Assembly: GCA_051294905.1 (NCBI GenBank)
Contig: CM119372.1
Coordinates: 19,222,001 to 19,286,000, forward strand
Reading direction: 5' to 3'
Length of the DNA stretch: 64,000 bases
Source of the DNA: Botryllus schlosseri
Taxonomy: Eukaryota
Every line of letters starts with the position of its first letter. Position 1 is the stretch's first letter. The notes under the pieces are model-generated. The model saw nothing but the letters and a program-made list of their open reading frames with translations. It did no database searches and had not been told where the DNA came from. The translations under genes and the position numbers were made by a program. Positions 49,214 through 63,043 of the stretch are shown here, one piece after another.

Positions 49214-49977
49214 GTGACAATATTCTAAGCTTTTTTTATCCTAATCGAACATTCGATTTCGAACATCGGTCATTTCTCAAATCAATTAAGGAAATGTAAA
49301 TTTAGCATTTGAAAATATTTGGATAATTTCATTCTGCCCAGCAACTATAGCCAACTCATGATATCCAGATTATGTTATGTTTTGTCGTATGTCTTATCTA
49401 TGTTCTTGTGTCACTTTTCTCAAATCCAAATTTCTATTTTTTATTCTGATTAAAATTTGAATTTCAAATTTGCTGCCTATTATTATAACTATTTCAGAAT
49501 CTCAATTTTTGATTTATATCATCAGTCAAATTCATGTCTTTCATAATAAGTTAAAGTAGTCATTGATATTACAAGTGGAAGTAATGCAGTTGATATAGAA
49601 TAACCAATTTTCGAAACATAAAACCACTTATGGGCAGAAATATAAAATGAAAAGTGCTCAGATAAGTGTTTTGAAGAAGTAGATTGAGACCAGACTCGAA
49701 AGATGTTGAGACGTACATTACTGAAATGCCCTTACGAGCTTTCAAAATCATATTGAAGACTTTGGTTGACGAATCAAGATTGATGCTCTGGAATTCGTGT
49801 CCCACACATCAGCACATAGACCAGGGGTTCTTAACCCTTGATCAGTAAAGTTGAGTACCATTAAACCGTGACGAATGGCGTGATCGGGTCAGAATTCACC
49901 TCATCATTCTAATTGCTATAGCACTCTTGTATTATGTTATGCTGATGAATGTTCATTAGTCCGAACCACACAGCAAC

Positions 49978-50890
49978 GATTACCAGAGAACTCGGACCTC
50001 GGAGAACCCGGCCTTACAAACTCGGCCCTCGAAGAACTCGGACCTCGGTGAACTCGGCCCTCGGGGAATTCCGCCCTCGGGGAATTTTGTATTCACCGCC
50101 AACCCTAATATCCCACCTCCACCAACCATAATACCCCCCTCTCCCAACCCTAACATCCCACCTCCGGCAACCCTAATATCCCACCTGTGGCAACCCTAAT
50201 ATCCCACCTCCACCAACCATAATACCCCCCTCTCCCAACCCTAACATCCCACCTCCGGCAACCCTAATATCCCACCTCCGGCAACCCTAATATCCCACCT
50301 CCGGCAACCCTAATACCCCACCTCCACCAACCCTAATATCCCACCTCCACCAACCCTAATGTCCCACTCCCTGAACCCTAATGTCTCCCTTCCCCCTACC
50401 CTACCCAACCCTAACACCCCACCTCAACCTACAGTTGCAATAACGAGCAGACCACGCATGGTTGATATGTGAGCAATAACAATCGTTGGGAGATCTTTTT
50501 CATCTGCACAAGTCACACACAATGTACAATGCGATAAGACCCAATGCGATGTCATGAACAGATACGAGGATGTCGCACATCCGCCCCTCGCCAAGTCAAT
50601 TCAACACTGAGCCGACCACGCAATCGTGATCACGTGATCTGATCACGCCGTGACTGCGTGATCTACGCATGCCCTGACCTCCTTACAAGATCGACAAATC
50701 AGTTGATAATAACATTATTAGTTTAATAATTCATATTAATACTTGTTAATACACTTAATTACAAAATTTCCCGAGGGCAGAATTCACCGAGGGCCCGAGT
50801 TCATCGAGGGCCGAGTTCACCGAGGTCCGAGTTCTCCGAGGGCCGAGTTTGTAAGGCCGGGTTCTCCGAGGTCCGAGTACTCCGGCAACC
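49978..50890. mobile_element. Mutator-like (MULE) non-autonomous element with long repetitive TIRs
   Basis: About 110-bp inverted ends built of AACTCGGCCCTCGG units; 9-bp TSD cacagcaac / cccagcaac. Confidence 0.75.
50095..50430. repeat. About 21-bp minisatellite containing AACCCTAA
   Basis: Units such as CAACCCTAATATCCCACCTCCGG repeated roughly 15 times with variants. Confidence 0.85.
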
Positions 50891-53301
50891 CCCAGCAACA
50901 CCTACCCACTTCATCATAGATCGCCTCTGAGTATGCGTTGGTTGCTTCCCAGCCTACCGTGTTGGCTATAGCCAATAAGTGACAAGCGCAGAAAAGTCGT
51001 AATGACACTATGTGTTGATTATTGTATAGGCTACCGCTAATTATATTACCCAAGTCGTTTGGTTTCATAGGAAGATTTATTTGACATTGGTTTCTCTGAA
51101 AAACTAAGATTTGTGTCGGTAATACTCGTGGGCAGAGTAGATGGCGGGAGAACAGGGTCGTAACTGGGGGCCGAAAATTATTTCGTAAATCAACAATGTA
51201 TTTTGAGGCAGATTTGTTCAACTAGGATCATTTATTTGATGTCACTAGATCTAATGATATATATATGGTTGGCCCCCAACCACCTACCATAGTATCATTT
51301 TGAAATACACATCATTTGTATGATGGAGATTCAACTATATCCGCCGTTTGTCCCACCTGTTCCGTCTCGTTCATGAATTGGGTGATACCGCATTTAGTTC
51401 GCTACAGAGAGTGTGTGTGTTTGTGAATGGGTACTGCGTAGCCCAAGTAGAAATGAGTAGTCATTAAATAACCCAAAGAAGAATGAGAGACAGGATGTGG
51501 AGCTGTCATTAGGGGTGCTCAAGACCAGAACACTGGGTGGGGGTTTACAAATTGGTGTTTGGGATCTGGGAGAGAATGTTGATTTCCGACTTCCCGAGGT
51601 TTAACCTCCGATATTACATTTCCTATTAACCTGTCATCAGTGTCTGCAGTAACGGGTAAAATGACGTCTCCGAACAAAAATCATATCGGCATATCGCATG
51701 CTAAGAGCGCCCAGTGTTGTTCATTGCCTGGTTTAGAGATAGAAAAAGGTGGTGAGCCGATGATATGCGCATGGAGCTTAATACTATAGACCTGTGCATA
51801 TATATTATATAATACTAAGAAGGATAAATGTCATTTGACATCAACCTCACTGAACCAGTGACTTTTTTGTAATGAATGTTTCATAGAACCGCATTGCATT
51901 CAACTGGTTGTCTGCTTCTCTATTTCATACATGCCTGTAAAACGGCATGCAGCAAGACAGCAAGATTACTGTTCAATGTGTGAGGCTTGGGGTCGCAACA
52001 CATCTGAAAAGTTTAAGATCCTCTAACATAGACCATGTATTATTGCCAGCAAGCTGTACTAGGTCCAAGCGTATCCAGGCATCTAATGTAGCTTTCCATC
52101 ATTTCCGAAAATCTACTTGGGATAATCACGAAGTCTTGAATGTTTCCAACATTAGAACCATTCAGGGATCAGAGTAGGCCTATCTTTGTGAATGACACTT
52201 GTCTGCGATTGTCTATTGAAGCACAAGATTCATTTTGTAATTTATTATGGAAAGATCCTTAACACCAGCAATCATATCGCAATATAATTTTCTATAAATT
52301 GAAGATTTTCCTAATGTTACCGCTTGGATATGCGATAGGCTATCAATCATCAGAAGTAACTGGTAACTTGAGTTTTCAAAGTCCGTTTAAAACAATATTA
52401 ACGAAAAATTTAGTAGACCTGTTGAAGTTGACTTGTCTATGTCACCTCCAGAGGGTATGATCAATGCTAAAATGATTTCAAGAGAAGATTTGCTGCTATA
52501 CCAACTAAAAGTATGTTTTAGTAGTATGCAGGTGTAATGATAGCCATCCATATGGAAGAGTTACTATGTGCCGATAATACTATATGCTTGGTGCTTCTAG
52601 CTTGACTGCCAGTATGGGTTTTGATAGCTATTTAAAGCTGTCTGTGTAAGTGTTTGATATTCGTGCATTTATTACAAAACACCAAGCATATCAATTTCCG
52701 AGAAATATCATGTGTCGTGAAAATGATTATGCTGTTACTGGGTAATCATCGGTTTAGAGTTGTTGTTGTTGTTGTTGTAATAATAATGATGTTCAGCACA
52801 GTACAGCGTGCAACGCACTCATTTATTTCCTAATATTGAATATCCATTTATTTTGGTTCTTGATTGATCATTGTATCACAGCTGTGCATAAATTGATGTC
52901 AGATTGTTATTCATGGTTGTGAAACTAAATCATGCAACTCTGGTTTAAATCTTTCTATCATGCTGTGTTACTCAATAAATTGATAACGCCTCGCATGATG
53001 GAAAAATTGGAAATATCGGATTGCAATATTTGATTTCATCCGTTTATCATGCCATGAACAGTACCAAGCCCTGATTAGAAAATGTGAGTAATTCTGGTTA
53101 GTCATGACTTGCAGCTTCCTTTGTTATATGATATTCCAGTCAAATCACCAGTCATGTTCCTGCTTTCGGGCGATTGATGGATCCTACCTTTGCTACGTCT
53201 GCTTCAAATCGATTTTTGTTCTGTCGAAACAGTGTATTTGGTAGTCGTATCCTATAAGTAGTGAGGTTTCTTAGAACGGTTGCTAAATTTTCTGTGACAA
53301 G

Positions 53302-55542
53302 ATGCCTCTCGCGCCGTTTGCGAACGGGCCTTTCACGCAGGCGATACATCCGTTGACGGAGGAAGTTGACGATGACATGTCTGTGGACGCTCCTGACCTG
53401 AAAAACGATGTGAACATGACGGAAATCGAGATTAACGAACACACGAGGAAAGGAGAGAAAGCCAATCCAAGCCATTTCGAGATATTGAAAGTGCTCGGGC
53501 AGGGGTCCTTTGGAAAAGTGTTCTTAGTTAGGAAAATAGTAGGCTGGGATAAAGGCCAGCTGTACGCCATGAAAGTGTTAAAAAAAGCAAAGCTGAAGGT
53601 TCGCGACAGACTCCGCACTAAAATGGAAAGAAACATCTTGGTGGACGTGAATCATCCATTCATCGTGAAAGTCTTTTACGCATTCCAAACCGAAGGCAAC
53701 CTGTATCTGGTCCTGGCGTTTTTGAGAGGCGGCGATCTATTCACGAGACTGTCGAAAGAGCTGATGTTTACGGAAGATGACGTGAAAATCTACCTGGCCG
53801 AGCTGGCTCTGTCTCTTGATCACCTGCACACTTTAGGCATTATCTACCGGGATTTAAAGCCGGAGAACATCCTGTTGGATATCGACGGTCACATCGCTCT
53901 CACCGACTTTGGTCTCAGTAAGGAATCCGTAGACGAGGCCGAGAAGGCATACTCGTTTTGTGGCACTGTCGAATACATGGCGCCAGAGGTAGTCAACAGG
54001 AGAGGGCATGATTATTCTGCCGATTGGTGGTCGTTCGGCGTTCTCATGTACGAAATGCTCACTGGTCAACTGCCATTTCAGGGGCGGGACAGGAAAGACA
54101 CGATGACTCAGATCTTGAAAGCTAAACTGGCTATGCCGCAGTTTCTCAGCCACGAGGCGCAGAGTCTGTTGAGAATGCTTTTCAAACGCAACCCTACCAA
54201 CCGTCTTGGAAGTGGCAGCGATGGGGTGGAAGAGATAAAACGGCACGAGTTTTTTGCCAGTATCGATTGGAACAAGTTGCTTAGAAAAGAGATCGAGCCG
54301 CCTTTCAAGCCGGCGGTGACACGAGCGGAAGACGCGTTCTATTTCGATACTGAATTTACGTCGAGAACGCCGCGAGATTCGCCTGGTGTGCCGGCGAGCG
54401 CTAAAGCTCAGCAGTTGTTTCGCGGTTTCTCTTTCGTGGCTCCTATCATTGAGGAGGAGGAGCCTAAGGAAGCGGACCCTGTCCAAGTCGCAAACGGGAA
54501 AGCAAACAACCGCGATTTCTCCGGCACGGTCCTGCTGACCAACACGGTCGCAGCGCAATCCCCCAAGACATTCTACGAAGAGTACGAAGTCAAAGAGGAG
54601 ATTGGGATAGGCTCGTACTCGGTGTGCAAGCGTTGCCTGCACAAGAGCACCAAGAAAGAGTACGCTGTCAAGATCATCGACAAGAGCAAGCGCGACTGTG
54701 AGGAGGAAGTGCAGATACTCCTGCGATACGGGCAACATCCCAACATCATCACGTTGAAGGATGTGTTCGACGACGGGCAGCATGTCTTCCTGGTCACCGA
54801 GCTCATGAAAGGCGGGGAACTTTTGGACAAGATTTTGCGTCAGAAATTCTTCACCGAGCGCGAGGCGTCCGCCGTGATGCGCACGGTGTCAAAAACGGTT
54901 GAGTACATGCACAAAAGTGGCGTCGTGCATCGGGATTTGAAGCCTAGCAACATCCTGTATGCGGACGAGACGGGCAATCCCGATTCGCTGAGAATCTGCG
55001 ATTTTGGATTCGCGAAGCAGCTGCGGCACGACAACGGTTTGCTGATGACCCCGTGCTACACCGCCAATTTTGTGGCGCCCGAGGTCTTGAAGAAGAAAGG
55101 GTACGACGAGGCTTGTGACATTTGGAGTCTCGGCGTCTTGCTCTTCACGATGCTGTCCGGGTACACGCCGTTTGCCAATGGCCCTGACGATACCCCGACA
55201 GATATCTTGAAAAGGATCGAGGCTGGAAAATTTAGCTTCTCGGGGGGCACTTGGAAAACCGTGTCTGACACGGCCAAAGATCTCGTGCGCCGGATGCTTC
55301 ATATCGACCCCAACCGACGTATAACGGCGCCCCAGGTATTGCTGCATCCGTTTATCGCGCGTCCCGACCAACTGCCGGAATACCAGCTGAATCAAGCACG
55401 CGATGTCAAGACCGTGAAAGGCGCCATGTCGGCCATGTTTAACGCGGCGAGGTCCCACAAGGCGCTCAATCTGAACCCGGTGGGCGCATCGTTTCTGGCA
55501 CAGAGACGCGGGCAGAAGAAGGTAACATCCACCGCGCTGTAA
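53302..55542 (+). CDS. RPS6KA: p90 ribosomal S6 kinase (RSK), single-exon CDS, 746 aa
   Basis: Two kinase domains: N-terminal AGC ([24 protein letters not shown]) and C-terminal CAMK-like ([18 protein letters not shown]). Also the turn motif SRTPRDSP, hydrophobic motif FRGFSF, ERK-docking LAQRR and PDZ-type C-terminus STAL. Confidence 0.97.
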   Translation: MPLAPFANGPFTQAIHPLTEEVDDDMSVDAPDLKNDVNMTEIEINEHTRKGEKANPSHFEILKVLGQGSFGKVFLVRKIVGWDKGQLYAMKVLKKAKLKVRDRLRTKMERNILVDVNHPFIVKVFYAFQTEGNLYLVLAFLRGGDLFTRLSKELMFTEDDVKIYLAELALSLDHLHTLGIIYRDLKPENILLDIDGHIALTDFGLSKESVDEAEKAYSFCGTVEYMAPEVVNRRGHDYSADWWSFGVLMYEMLTGQLPFQGRDRKDTMTQILKAKLAMPQFLSHEAQSLLRMLFKRNPTNRLGSGSDGVEEIKRHEFFASIDWNKLLRKEIEPPFKPAVTRAEDAFYFDTEFTSRTPRDSPGVPASAKAQQLFRGFSFVAPIIEEEEPKEADPVQVANGKANNRDFSGTVLLTNTVAAQSPKTFYEEYEVKEEIGIGSYSVCKRCLHKSTKKEYAVKIIDKSKRDCEEEVQILLRYGQHPNIITLKDVFDDGQHVFLVTELMKGGELLDKILRQKFFTEREASAVMRTVSKTVEYMHKSGVVHRDLKPSNILYADETGNPDSLRICDFGFAKQLRHDNGLLMTPCYTANFVAPEVLKKKGYDEACDIWSLGVLLFTMLSGYTPFANGPDDTPTDILKRIEAGKFSFSGGTWKTVSDTAKDLVRRMLHIDPNRRITAPQVLLHPFIARPDQLPEYQLNQARDVKTVKGAMSAMFNAARSHKALNLNPVGASFLAQRRGQKKVTSTAL

Positions 55543-56849
55543 ACGCAGCCGCGTTTATGAAAAGGTCCGGACGCTTTCCATACGATTGATTGTAGTTCTT
55601 CGCCACGTGTGCCTGGTGATACGGCGCCAGAATTCCTCATTTGCCTCTGTATGCAGTTAATATAGCACTTTGTTGATTCTCTTCAGGGCGATGCACGGGA
55701 TATTATGAACTTTAGTAGCGGATTGTTCCTTTTGCTAATGCAGGACTGTCTATTCCCAAATTTTTTCAGTTTTGACTTGTTAATCGTGTCCTGACTGCCC
55801 CTACTGCGCCTTTCCTTTTTGTAGGCTCCCACTGCGATTCTAAAAGATTGAGATCTGGCGTAAATCGAACGATATCGATTAACTACCCCTGTTTATAGTA
55901 CATTAGATTCATTTCTTAGCTCATCACCCAATATCGTCAGGTACTTGACAGGTGAAAATATCGTTAGAAGTCGATGTAAATTTGCTTGTACGCTTTAGCA
56001 ATTCTGATTAATACCCTTTGCACCGTGTAGCGGTTGTGTGCACTGTCTCAGATACGTAGACATTATGATTTTGCTATACTATCATTTAGTTTAAGCCAAG
56101 TAATTGTGACCATATATTCGATGAAATATTTTACTTTATTTTCCATACTTTGTGCTTTTGCGTCTGTAATGATCGTGGTAGAGATTTGTGAGATGTGACC
56201 AAACGGAGCGAAAAATCTATGTGAATCGTCAAAAGTTTGTAGTCGTTGCTTCCTCCTTTACAGTCTTTACGCAGATAAATTTAACTTTGCCTCTCTGGGA
56301 ATGTCACTTTGTGTTCCATACCCTTTATATATACATTTCTGACGAAGATGAGAGTGTATCAAAATTTCTACTTCCAATGTACAGTATAAGTCAGTATTTT
56401 GACGAAGCCGCATTGAAATGCCCTTTCGTATGTTGAATTGGCTTTTTCTATTAGACTCTGAGACTAACACCATTTTGAATCAATATTTTTCGGGAAAAAT
56501 TTCGTTAACCAACTATGAATACAATTGCTAACTTGTCTGCTGGTGTTATATTACTCTGGGTTCGTGGGTTGCATTTGAGATTCTTGAAGGGTTGCTGTTG
56601 GTAATGAAGTTTCCGGTGCAGAATGGAAGATACAGTACTACTGTGGCGATAAGGCGTCAATCTCGTGCAAGGTGAATAACTGAATATTCTCCAGACTACA
56701 TGGTATATGCGACATACATGCAGTCTTGCAGTTCAGTCATGTTAGTTGGAAATGACTTACAGTTCGCATAATCATCTAAACGACTGGGTAGATGAGGTTG
56801 TCGAGTACGCCTTCACTTCTTGGTACTCTGTATTCATGTCTTACAGGTT

Positions 56850-56855
56850 AATAAA
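56850..56855 (+). terminator. Candidate polyadenylation signal for RSK
   Basis: AATAAA about 1.3 kb after the stop codon; no transcript evidence. Confidence 0.3.
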
Positions 56856-59776
56856 TGAATATCTCCAAATTTGGTAAGTAGAGAGTAGGGGCCGGTAGAT
56901 CAGTGCTTTTCGGCCAATGAACTGGTAAAACATCAAAATTACAAACCGGAGAACCTTCGATAATCAAAATTATCCAAATTGCAATTATGTCAAATATATG
57001 CAACTAAAAAATATTGGAAACTCAATTTAATGCTGCCTTTTGGTAATAATTGATGCTATATGTGGTTCTATTGAAGCTTCTGCAGGGTGAAGTACTGTTA
57101 AAAACAACTTCAGTTGATTTTTCGATTTCTTTAGTAAGAAATACGACTTCGCTGTGTTCTAGCCTCTATTCTACAGCCCCGGATGGCTAAATTGTACTGT
57201 CACAATTTACCGACTTTGTTCAAACGTCTTCTTTTAGCTTTAACAGTTAACTGTTCCTAACGAATTGTGACATGTTGATTGCAAAGCAATCCATGAACCA
57301 TATTGCGACACCACGCAGAAAAATATGTTTCAAATTTTGAAATCAATTTAAAATTGGATGTTTTGTGTCTCTAATTAATGAGCAAGCATCCAACTTCTTG
57401 CATTTTGGGAATGAGATGACCGTCTAACATATGTAGCGGGCCAAGAGGAAACTTGCCACGGAACGGACCAGCAGTTGATAACCACTGTGTTGGAGCATGG
57501 AGTATAGAATTGAATGATCGAATAATTTTTGGCACAAAAGATGGATAGTAGAATTTGCTGCAGGCTAGTCAATTAGAAATCTTGGTCATGGATTTCCAAA
57601 GTATATAAGTAGGCCTATTTTCGAAACCTTTATTTATTAGTAGGCAGTTTTAGCCGGTATCAAATTTTGACACTGTAATTGCTTTGTTATTCTGAATTTT
57701 GTATACTGTTGCTTTTGTTTTTTCCCATCAAATTTGTCAACACTTGGATAATAACATTAGATTAGCTCTAACAAAATATCCTGGAGTATTGATGTATGTC
57801 TGTGAAACCATGAAAATTCAGTTACGCAGAATCCCTAGTAGCATACCAAACTCTTTCTGAGTACCAATTAAATAGTTGAATTCTATTCAGCTCGTTCATC
57901 GTCCATGTGTTAATCACGTCAATATCATAGGTATACAAGAGTGACGATGTATAAAGTAGGCATAAATGGGTCGACTCAGATAACTGTAAAACTATAGGCT
58001 ATAGCCCTACTAGGGGTGGCTAGATCTACCCCAGCATCGAGTCGCATATTGCAAAATACACTTTTAAAAGAGCCGCAACACAAAAAAAATCAAAAATACT
58101 AATTTATTCAATGAACGCTATCAAATCATGATTATTGTTGTATAGTGATACTGGTTCCATCAGGGATTGAAATTAGGCTGATATCAAAGCAGTGTTGAGT
58201 AATGAGTTGGTCAAAGCTGAACGATATTTGAGCCAGGCAATTCTCCATACTATAATGAATATGGCTTTAGTAGTTGTATCAGTTTTCTTGGTAAAAGTTG
58301 TCAACAGTTTGTGCTCTGCATTTAGGGATGATTTCCATTTATTACTCCGCAACTCCGACTTATATAGGCTACTTATGTATGTGCTTTGCTTCATGAGGAC
58401 GTTTCAGGTCACTGGTAGTGCATCCTGACTGCTAAGACTCACACGTTTACCATTATTATCAGTGAAGGCAAGCTCTTCATCCCATTCCATTTTAATAGTT
58501 CTATTTTCCCGTTTATGCGTAATTTTTACAAATATTTCTTAGCGACATTTTCTTGGCTAAACACTGCTGTTATTGCTTCTTGCTAGTATTAGCCTACAAG
58601 ACAAATGTTAGTTTAACATGCGCTACCGTTCATTGTTGATCACTTATGCGCTATTATTGTGCATGAAATGTCCATTTAAACTCCATTCGACAATTCAATT
58701 GCTCAATACTATAACCATTTATACTGTACTGCATGGTCGTACTCGCGTAAATTATCCAATTGTTAGGTCACCGATAAGGCATGAAACAATACGCATATTG
58801 TTGAAAAAGTGATAGAATGCAATGTTTAAAATCAGGTAAAACACTCAGCAAATGGGGGAATGTATGTGCATTTATGAAAGCATTTTAAACATCTGCGATC
58901 AACAAAGATTCCCAAAGAGTCGCATGTGGCATGCGAGTCGCAGTTTAGCCACCCCAGAGCTAAACTGACTAATTGTACGCAATTGGGACATTCACACTAT
59001 GAGTTTTGAAAACTATTTTGGGATCACAAACCTAAGCAAACTTCGACATGATCAAGTAGAATTAAATGTAAATGTAACTTTACGATCTACCTTATTTTCA
59101 GTTAAATTCCTAATTGCGCACAGTATCCAATAAAACTTAACCCTATCGCTCATCGTCTCAAGTACGACAGTGGCCTTAGTATATGGGGATGGGGAGGGCT
59201 CAGAATCATCAACAAGGTGGCAGTTGGGCAAAAAAGGCTCCGAATCACTGTTCTTGAACAAAACAACATTTGAATTTCAGGATGGGATAGAACTCTTGCG
59301 TTTTTGAAAATTTATACTTGCCAGGATGTAGCAGCACAAAACCAGTTCCAGGCACAGACCGCCTGTCAGCTTCCATGTTTTTACAGTCCATGAAATCATA
59401 TATATAAGACTTCGAACCCAACAATTTTTACTTCCAATCAAAGTAGTTTTTGCTTCAACAAGCACCAGTTCTACTCATATTTGGGTGGACTGGACACATA
59501 TTCCATTCAATTTATCAGTATCTGGAGTTCTGGACAGTGAACATTGATAAAAGATTCCAAATTTTCACTGGCTAGGCAACGTAATAGTTAGGTTGCCTAA
59601 AGAAATGCTGCTTACATTTGATTTATTCCGATCAGTTTAGGCGGAGTGATTACAATTTGAAATTTCAACCATTTTGTAAAATAATGGTATACTTACAGAG
59701 ACAAATTTCGCAAGGCATGCCTAAAGCGAAAATGATGGCTTTTTCACTAGTTTCATCTTAATATATGGACCTGTGA

Positions 59777-60272
59777 CAGGGTTGTAACCAAGTCACAAGG
59801 CTCCGAGTCACAATTCATCGAGCAAAGGTTTGAGTCTGAGTCATGGTAGGTATGACTCGAGTCCGAGTCCAAGTCATTGTGTTGACTGTTCAGTTTCCAG
59901 TTAAAGTCTTGATAAACCCACTTTTATAACTCTGTTTGGTGATATTACATGGTTCGCATTATAATATACTAATTTTCCTCACTTTTAACAGTTTCTGGTC
60001 GCATTTTCAAGTAACCTACTATTACCAACAGACGAAATACCAATAGAGTGGTTACGTTACTATTCTTCGAAATGACAATGAAATGTCGGTCTTGGCCGTC
60101 TGAGTCTCGAATTATAAGACTTGGTTCGAGTCATGCGTAGTGACTCGAGTCCAAGTCAAGTCAATACACAGATTGACTCTAGTCGAGTCATTTCCGTATT
60201 TTGAGAAAATGACTCGAGTCATCTGAAAATCGTGACTCGAGTCGAGTCATGACTCGGGTCATTGCAACCCTT
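59777..60272. mobile_element. hAT-like MITE, GACTCGAGTC family
   Basis: TIR CAGGGTTGTAA / TTGCAACCCTT; TSD acctgtga / gcctgtga. Related partial copies at about 16945-17370 and 63480-64000. Confidence 0.8.
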
Positions 60273-61560
60273 GCCTGTGATAGCGTTTGAATAAAGAAAT
60301 TGCTCATTTCTGAAAAAAATATGACCCTGAAATTAGTCAGCCTCATTGAGATAGTCTCGTTGAAAAGATGGTGATAAATTCGCAAATGAAGTAGGCTACT
60401 TTACCCACCGGAATCATTGTAATCTCTTCGCCTATACCGGTTAGAATTGAACCAGACTTGTGTTTAGCGTGTTTTTAGGCAACGTAACCATTTCAATTTC
60501 GTCACCTAGCCAGTGAAATTTGGCCCCCACTACATACCAGTCCCCCTTGCTAGGTAGGCTAACAATAACCCGATGTGCTATGCATAGAATATATTCTACA
60601 GACCTGTCGTTTCTGCCAGTACAGAAGAGGCTGTATTTCCTCGTCAAGACGATATTTTATTTGCTGCGGGTATTGATAAAAATATAAAAATGATTACACA
60701 AATTGAATAAAAACATACTAAAAAGGAGCCTTTGCCGCCAAAGTTATACAGCTGAGGACATCTGATGCGCACGATTCTGGGACGGGGTCAAGGCAGTGTA
60801 ATCCGGGTATATAATTGATCGCTACGAGAAGATGACTACTTCGTCAGTGCTGGTTGACGCAAGCGTCATCTTGCTACGTGGAACACTTTGTAGGAAGAAA
60901 ACGGATGCAATGTGAAATTCCATGTAAGAAAATACTAAGGAATGTTACTTGGTGAAGGACTAAAACGAGAAAGTAGTTGCACGATACTCGACTGTGACAG
61001 AAACACAAAAAAGATCACAAACGAACACATAACGAAAGGTAGAGCGATTCGAGATGTACTAATCTCCATTGCATCAACGCAGGTAGTGAAGGTGATTCAA
61101 ATTTAACGGTCGTAACAAAACACACGAGATGCTGGCATCGCAAAAGCAAGTTTTTGGCATGCAATAATTATCAAGACTGGTATATAGCAAAGTGAAACAA
61201 AAATAGTAAATACAATGAAATAAAATGTTCCAAAAATCGTGGTCGGGGACGTGGTGCACAGCTAGAGCTGTGTGGTAATATGAACGTAGGGTTCAAGAGG
61301 TGTGTACCGCGGAATTTCAGCTACACGTGTGAGATATGGGAATGTGAAAATGATCACGCGGGGATTGAAATAGAACAAAACAAAAAGAAAAATGCCATCA
61401 TCAAAAATACTCTATGAGAAATGTTTCATCAAAAATATGAAAGTTCATTGCCATAAAAATGAGTCATCATCGTCTTTCAATCTAATGTTGCCAGTATCCA
61501 TATTCGTAGTCAATACCGTTTCCGAGTCCGTTATAAGTTTGAGTCACACTAGGGCGTGCC

Positions 61561-61707
61561 TCAGTGGAAGCAGGCAGGGCCGAATTCAATGCCAAATCTT
61601 TCTTCTGGCTCGCCAGTTACGAAAGGCGCGATATCAACCAGTGGCATGTGTCCCACTCTCACGGTGGAGTATTCGATCACTGATTTTCTGACATCAGAAG
61701 ACATGGT
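61561..61707 (-). CDS. Fibrillar collagen C-propeptide (COLFI), last exon
   Basis: cttttgcag|TMSSDVRKSVIEYSTVRVGHMPLVDIAPFVTGEPEERFGIEFGPACFH*, the typical fibrillar collagen terminus. Phase 0 matches the upstream exon. Not in the ORF track. Confidence 0.9.
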   Translation of the reverse strand, partial: TMSSDVRKSVIEYSTVRVGHMPLVDIAPFVTGEPEERFGIEFGPACFH

Positions 61708-62592
61708 CTGCAAAAGAAACGATACGCGATTGAGAAACAGTGTGGGACGCTGTCATCATTATTATTGAACAGAGCCAGAACAAGCTTGCTTGGGTAAGCT
61801 AAAATTATTTTTAACAAACCGGTATACTATTATCGATATAGATAATATTCCTTAAATGACTAGCTGATACCGCCAAGACATACAGTACTTTTATGAGCCC
61901 AACAACAAATATTATCATAGACCTTGGGATGGCGAAAATCAGAACTTTGTCACCTTTGCTTACTTAAAGAGATATGTATGTAATATATTTTCGACACTAG
62001 TTTAGTGTTCTGGGTGATGCCGAGTATTGTTAAAATTATTTACATCCAGGGTGGCCACCAGCCACACGCCTGATAAAGGTGTCAGTGCCAGCTGACGTGT
62101 ATCGACCGTGACCTATGAGATGATAACTATAAATAATACAACGGCTATATGCTTCTATAAGACATTGCCCATTAAGGTAATGACAGATCTTACAACAACG
62201 GTAAAACAGGCGACCCTGGATATGATACAGCAATCTACCATGTTGAAACTGTCGATTATCTCATAATTCCTAGAGCGACCGCACCTCAAAATTTGATTTA
62301 TGCATAGTGACGTAATTTTTCTTTGATTACGCCAAATTGATTCTGACTTGACTATGTCATTATGACTTAGTTTCGGCTAACCAAATTGGTTATGGCTATG
62401 CCCCCAAAGTAGACATAGTAGTTCAATGGTTCCATCACATCAGATGTGCAAGTCTGTATCGTGCAAGCTCGATACGCATGGTCAGACAAAATCTTCAAGT
62501 ACCCTGCCAAAAATATTGTAATCACTCCCACAATCGCAGTAATGCCACAGGCAGATGGCATAATATAGATTTGGCGGGCGGGATAAACTTAC

Positions 62593-62833
62593 CGCGCACT
62601 CATCGCGAATCGTTCTGTATCTCGTGATCACTTCGCCTCCGTAGCCCATCAGTTTCAGGGCTCTTTCGGTGGAGTCGTCAGCCAAGCTGTTGACGGCGAT
62701 CATGTTCTGACACCAGAAGGTGACGTTCTGCCTTGCAGTGGAACTGAGCAGTCGCAAGAAAGTTAGCTGGCTGTCGTAATTGGCACCCGCGATCCTGCTT
62801 TCTGGAGCTGGGTCGTAGCTCATGCGATTCATG
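62593..62833 (-). CDS. Fibrillar collagen C-propeptide (COLFI), penultimate exon
   Basis: QLTFLRLLSSTARQNVTFWCQN...ALKLMG...DECA matches the COLFI consensus. Acceptor ttttcacag, donor GCG|GTAAGT. The gene continues beyond the window end. Confidence 0.9.
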
Positions 62834-63043
62834 CTGTGAAAACGTTCATGTCACAACTTAAGGATTAAATATCGTTAGGGCTTTGAGCGATTCGATTTTG
62901 AATCAAGTATCAGTTTGGATGTTGTTGAAACATGTTTCTTTTATGCGACCACACAAAGAAGATAATGTCAGCTCTACAACGCATTAAAGATGATTTGGTA
63001 TTTTTTCAACCATACCTTTGTCATTTGAACAAACTCTCGGATG

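Noticed and set aside
50095..50430. True or interstitial telomere
   Set aside because: No tandem (TTAGGG)n; single motifs embedded in a longer unit inside a transposon.
53152..55640. Long antisense ORFs over RSK (e.g. 53854-54783, 54889-55458)
   Set aside because: They mirror the RSK frame and are expected from its codon bias; no recognisable domains.
57375..60660. Possible small minus-strand gene between RSK and collagen
   Set aside because: The short ORFs could not be joined into a phase-consistent model and show no recognisable motif; part is MITE-derived.
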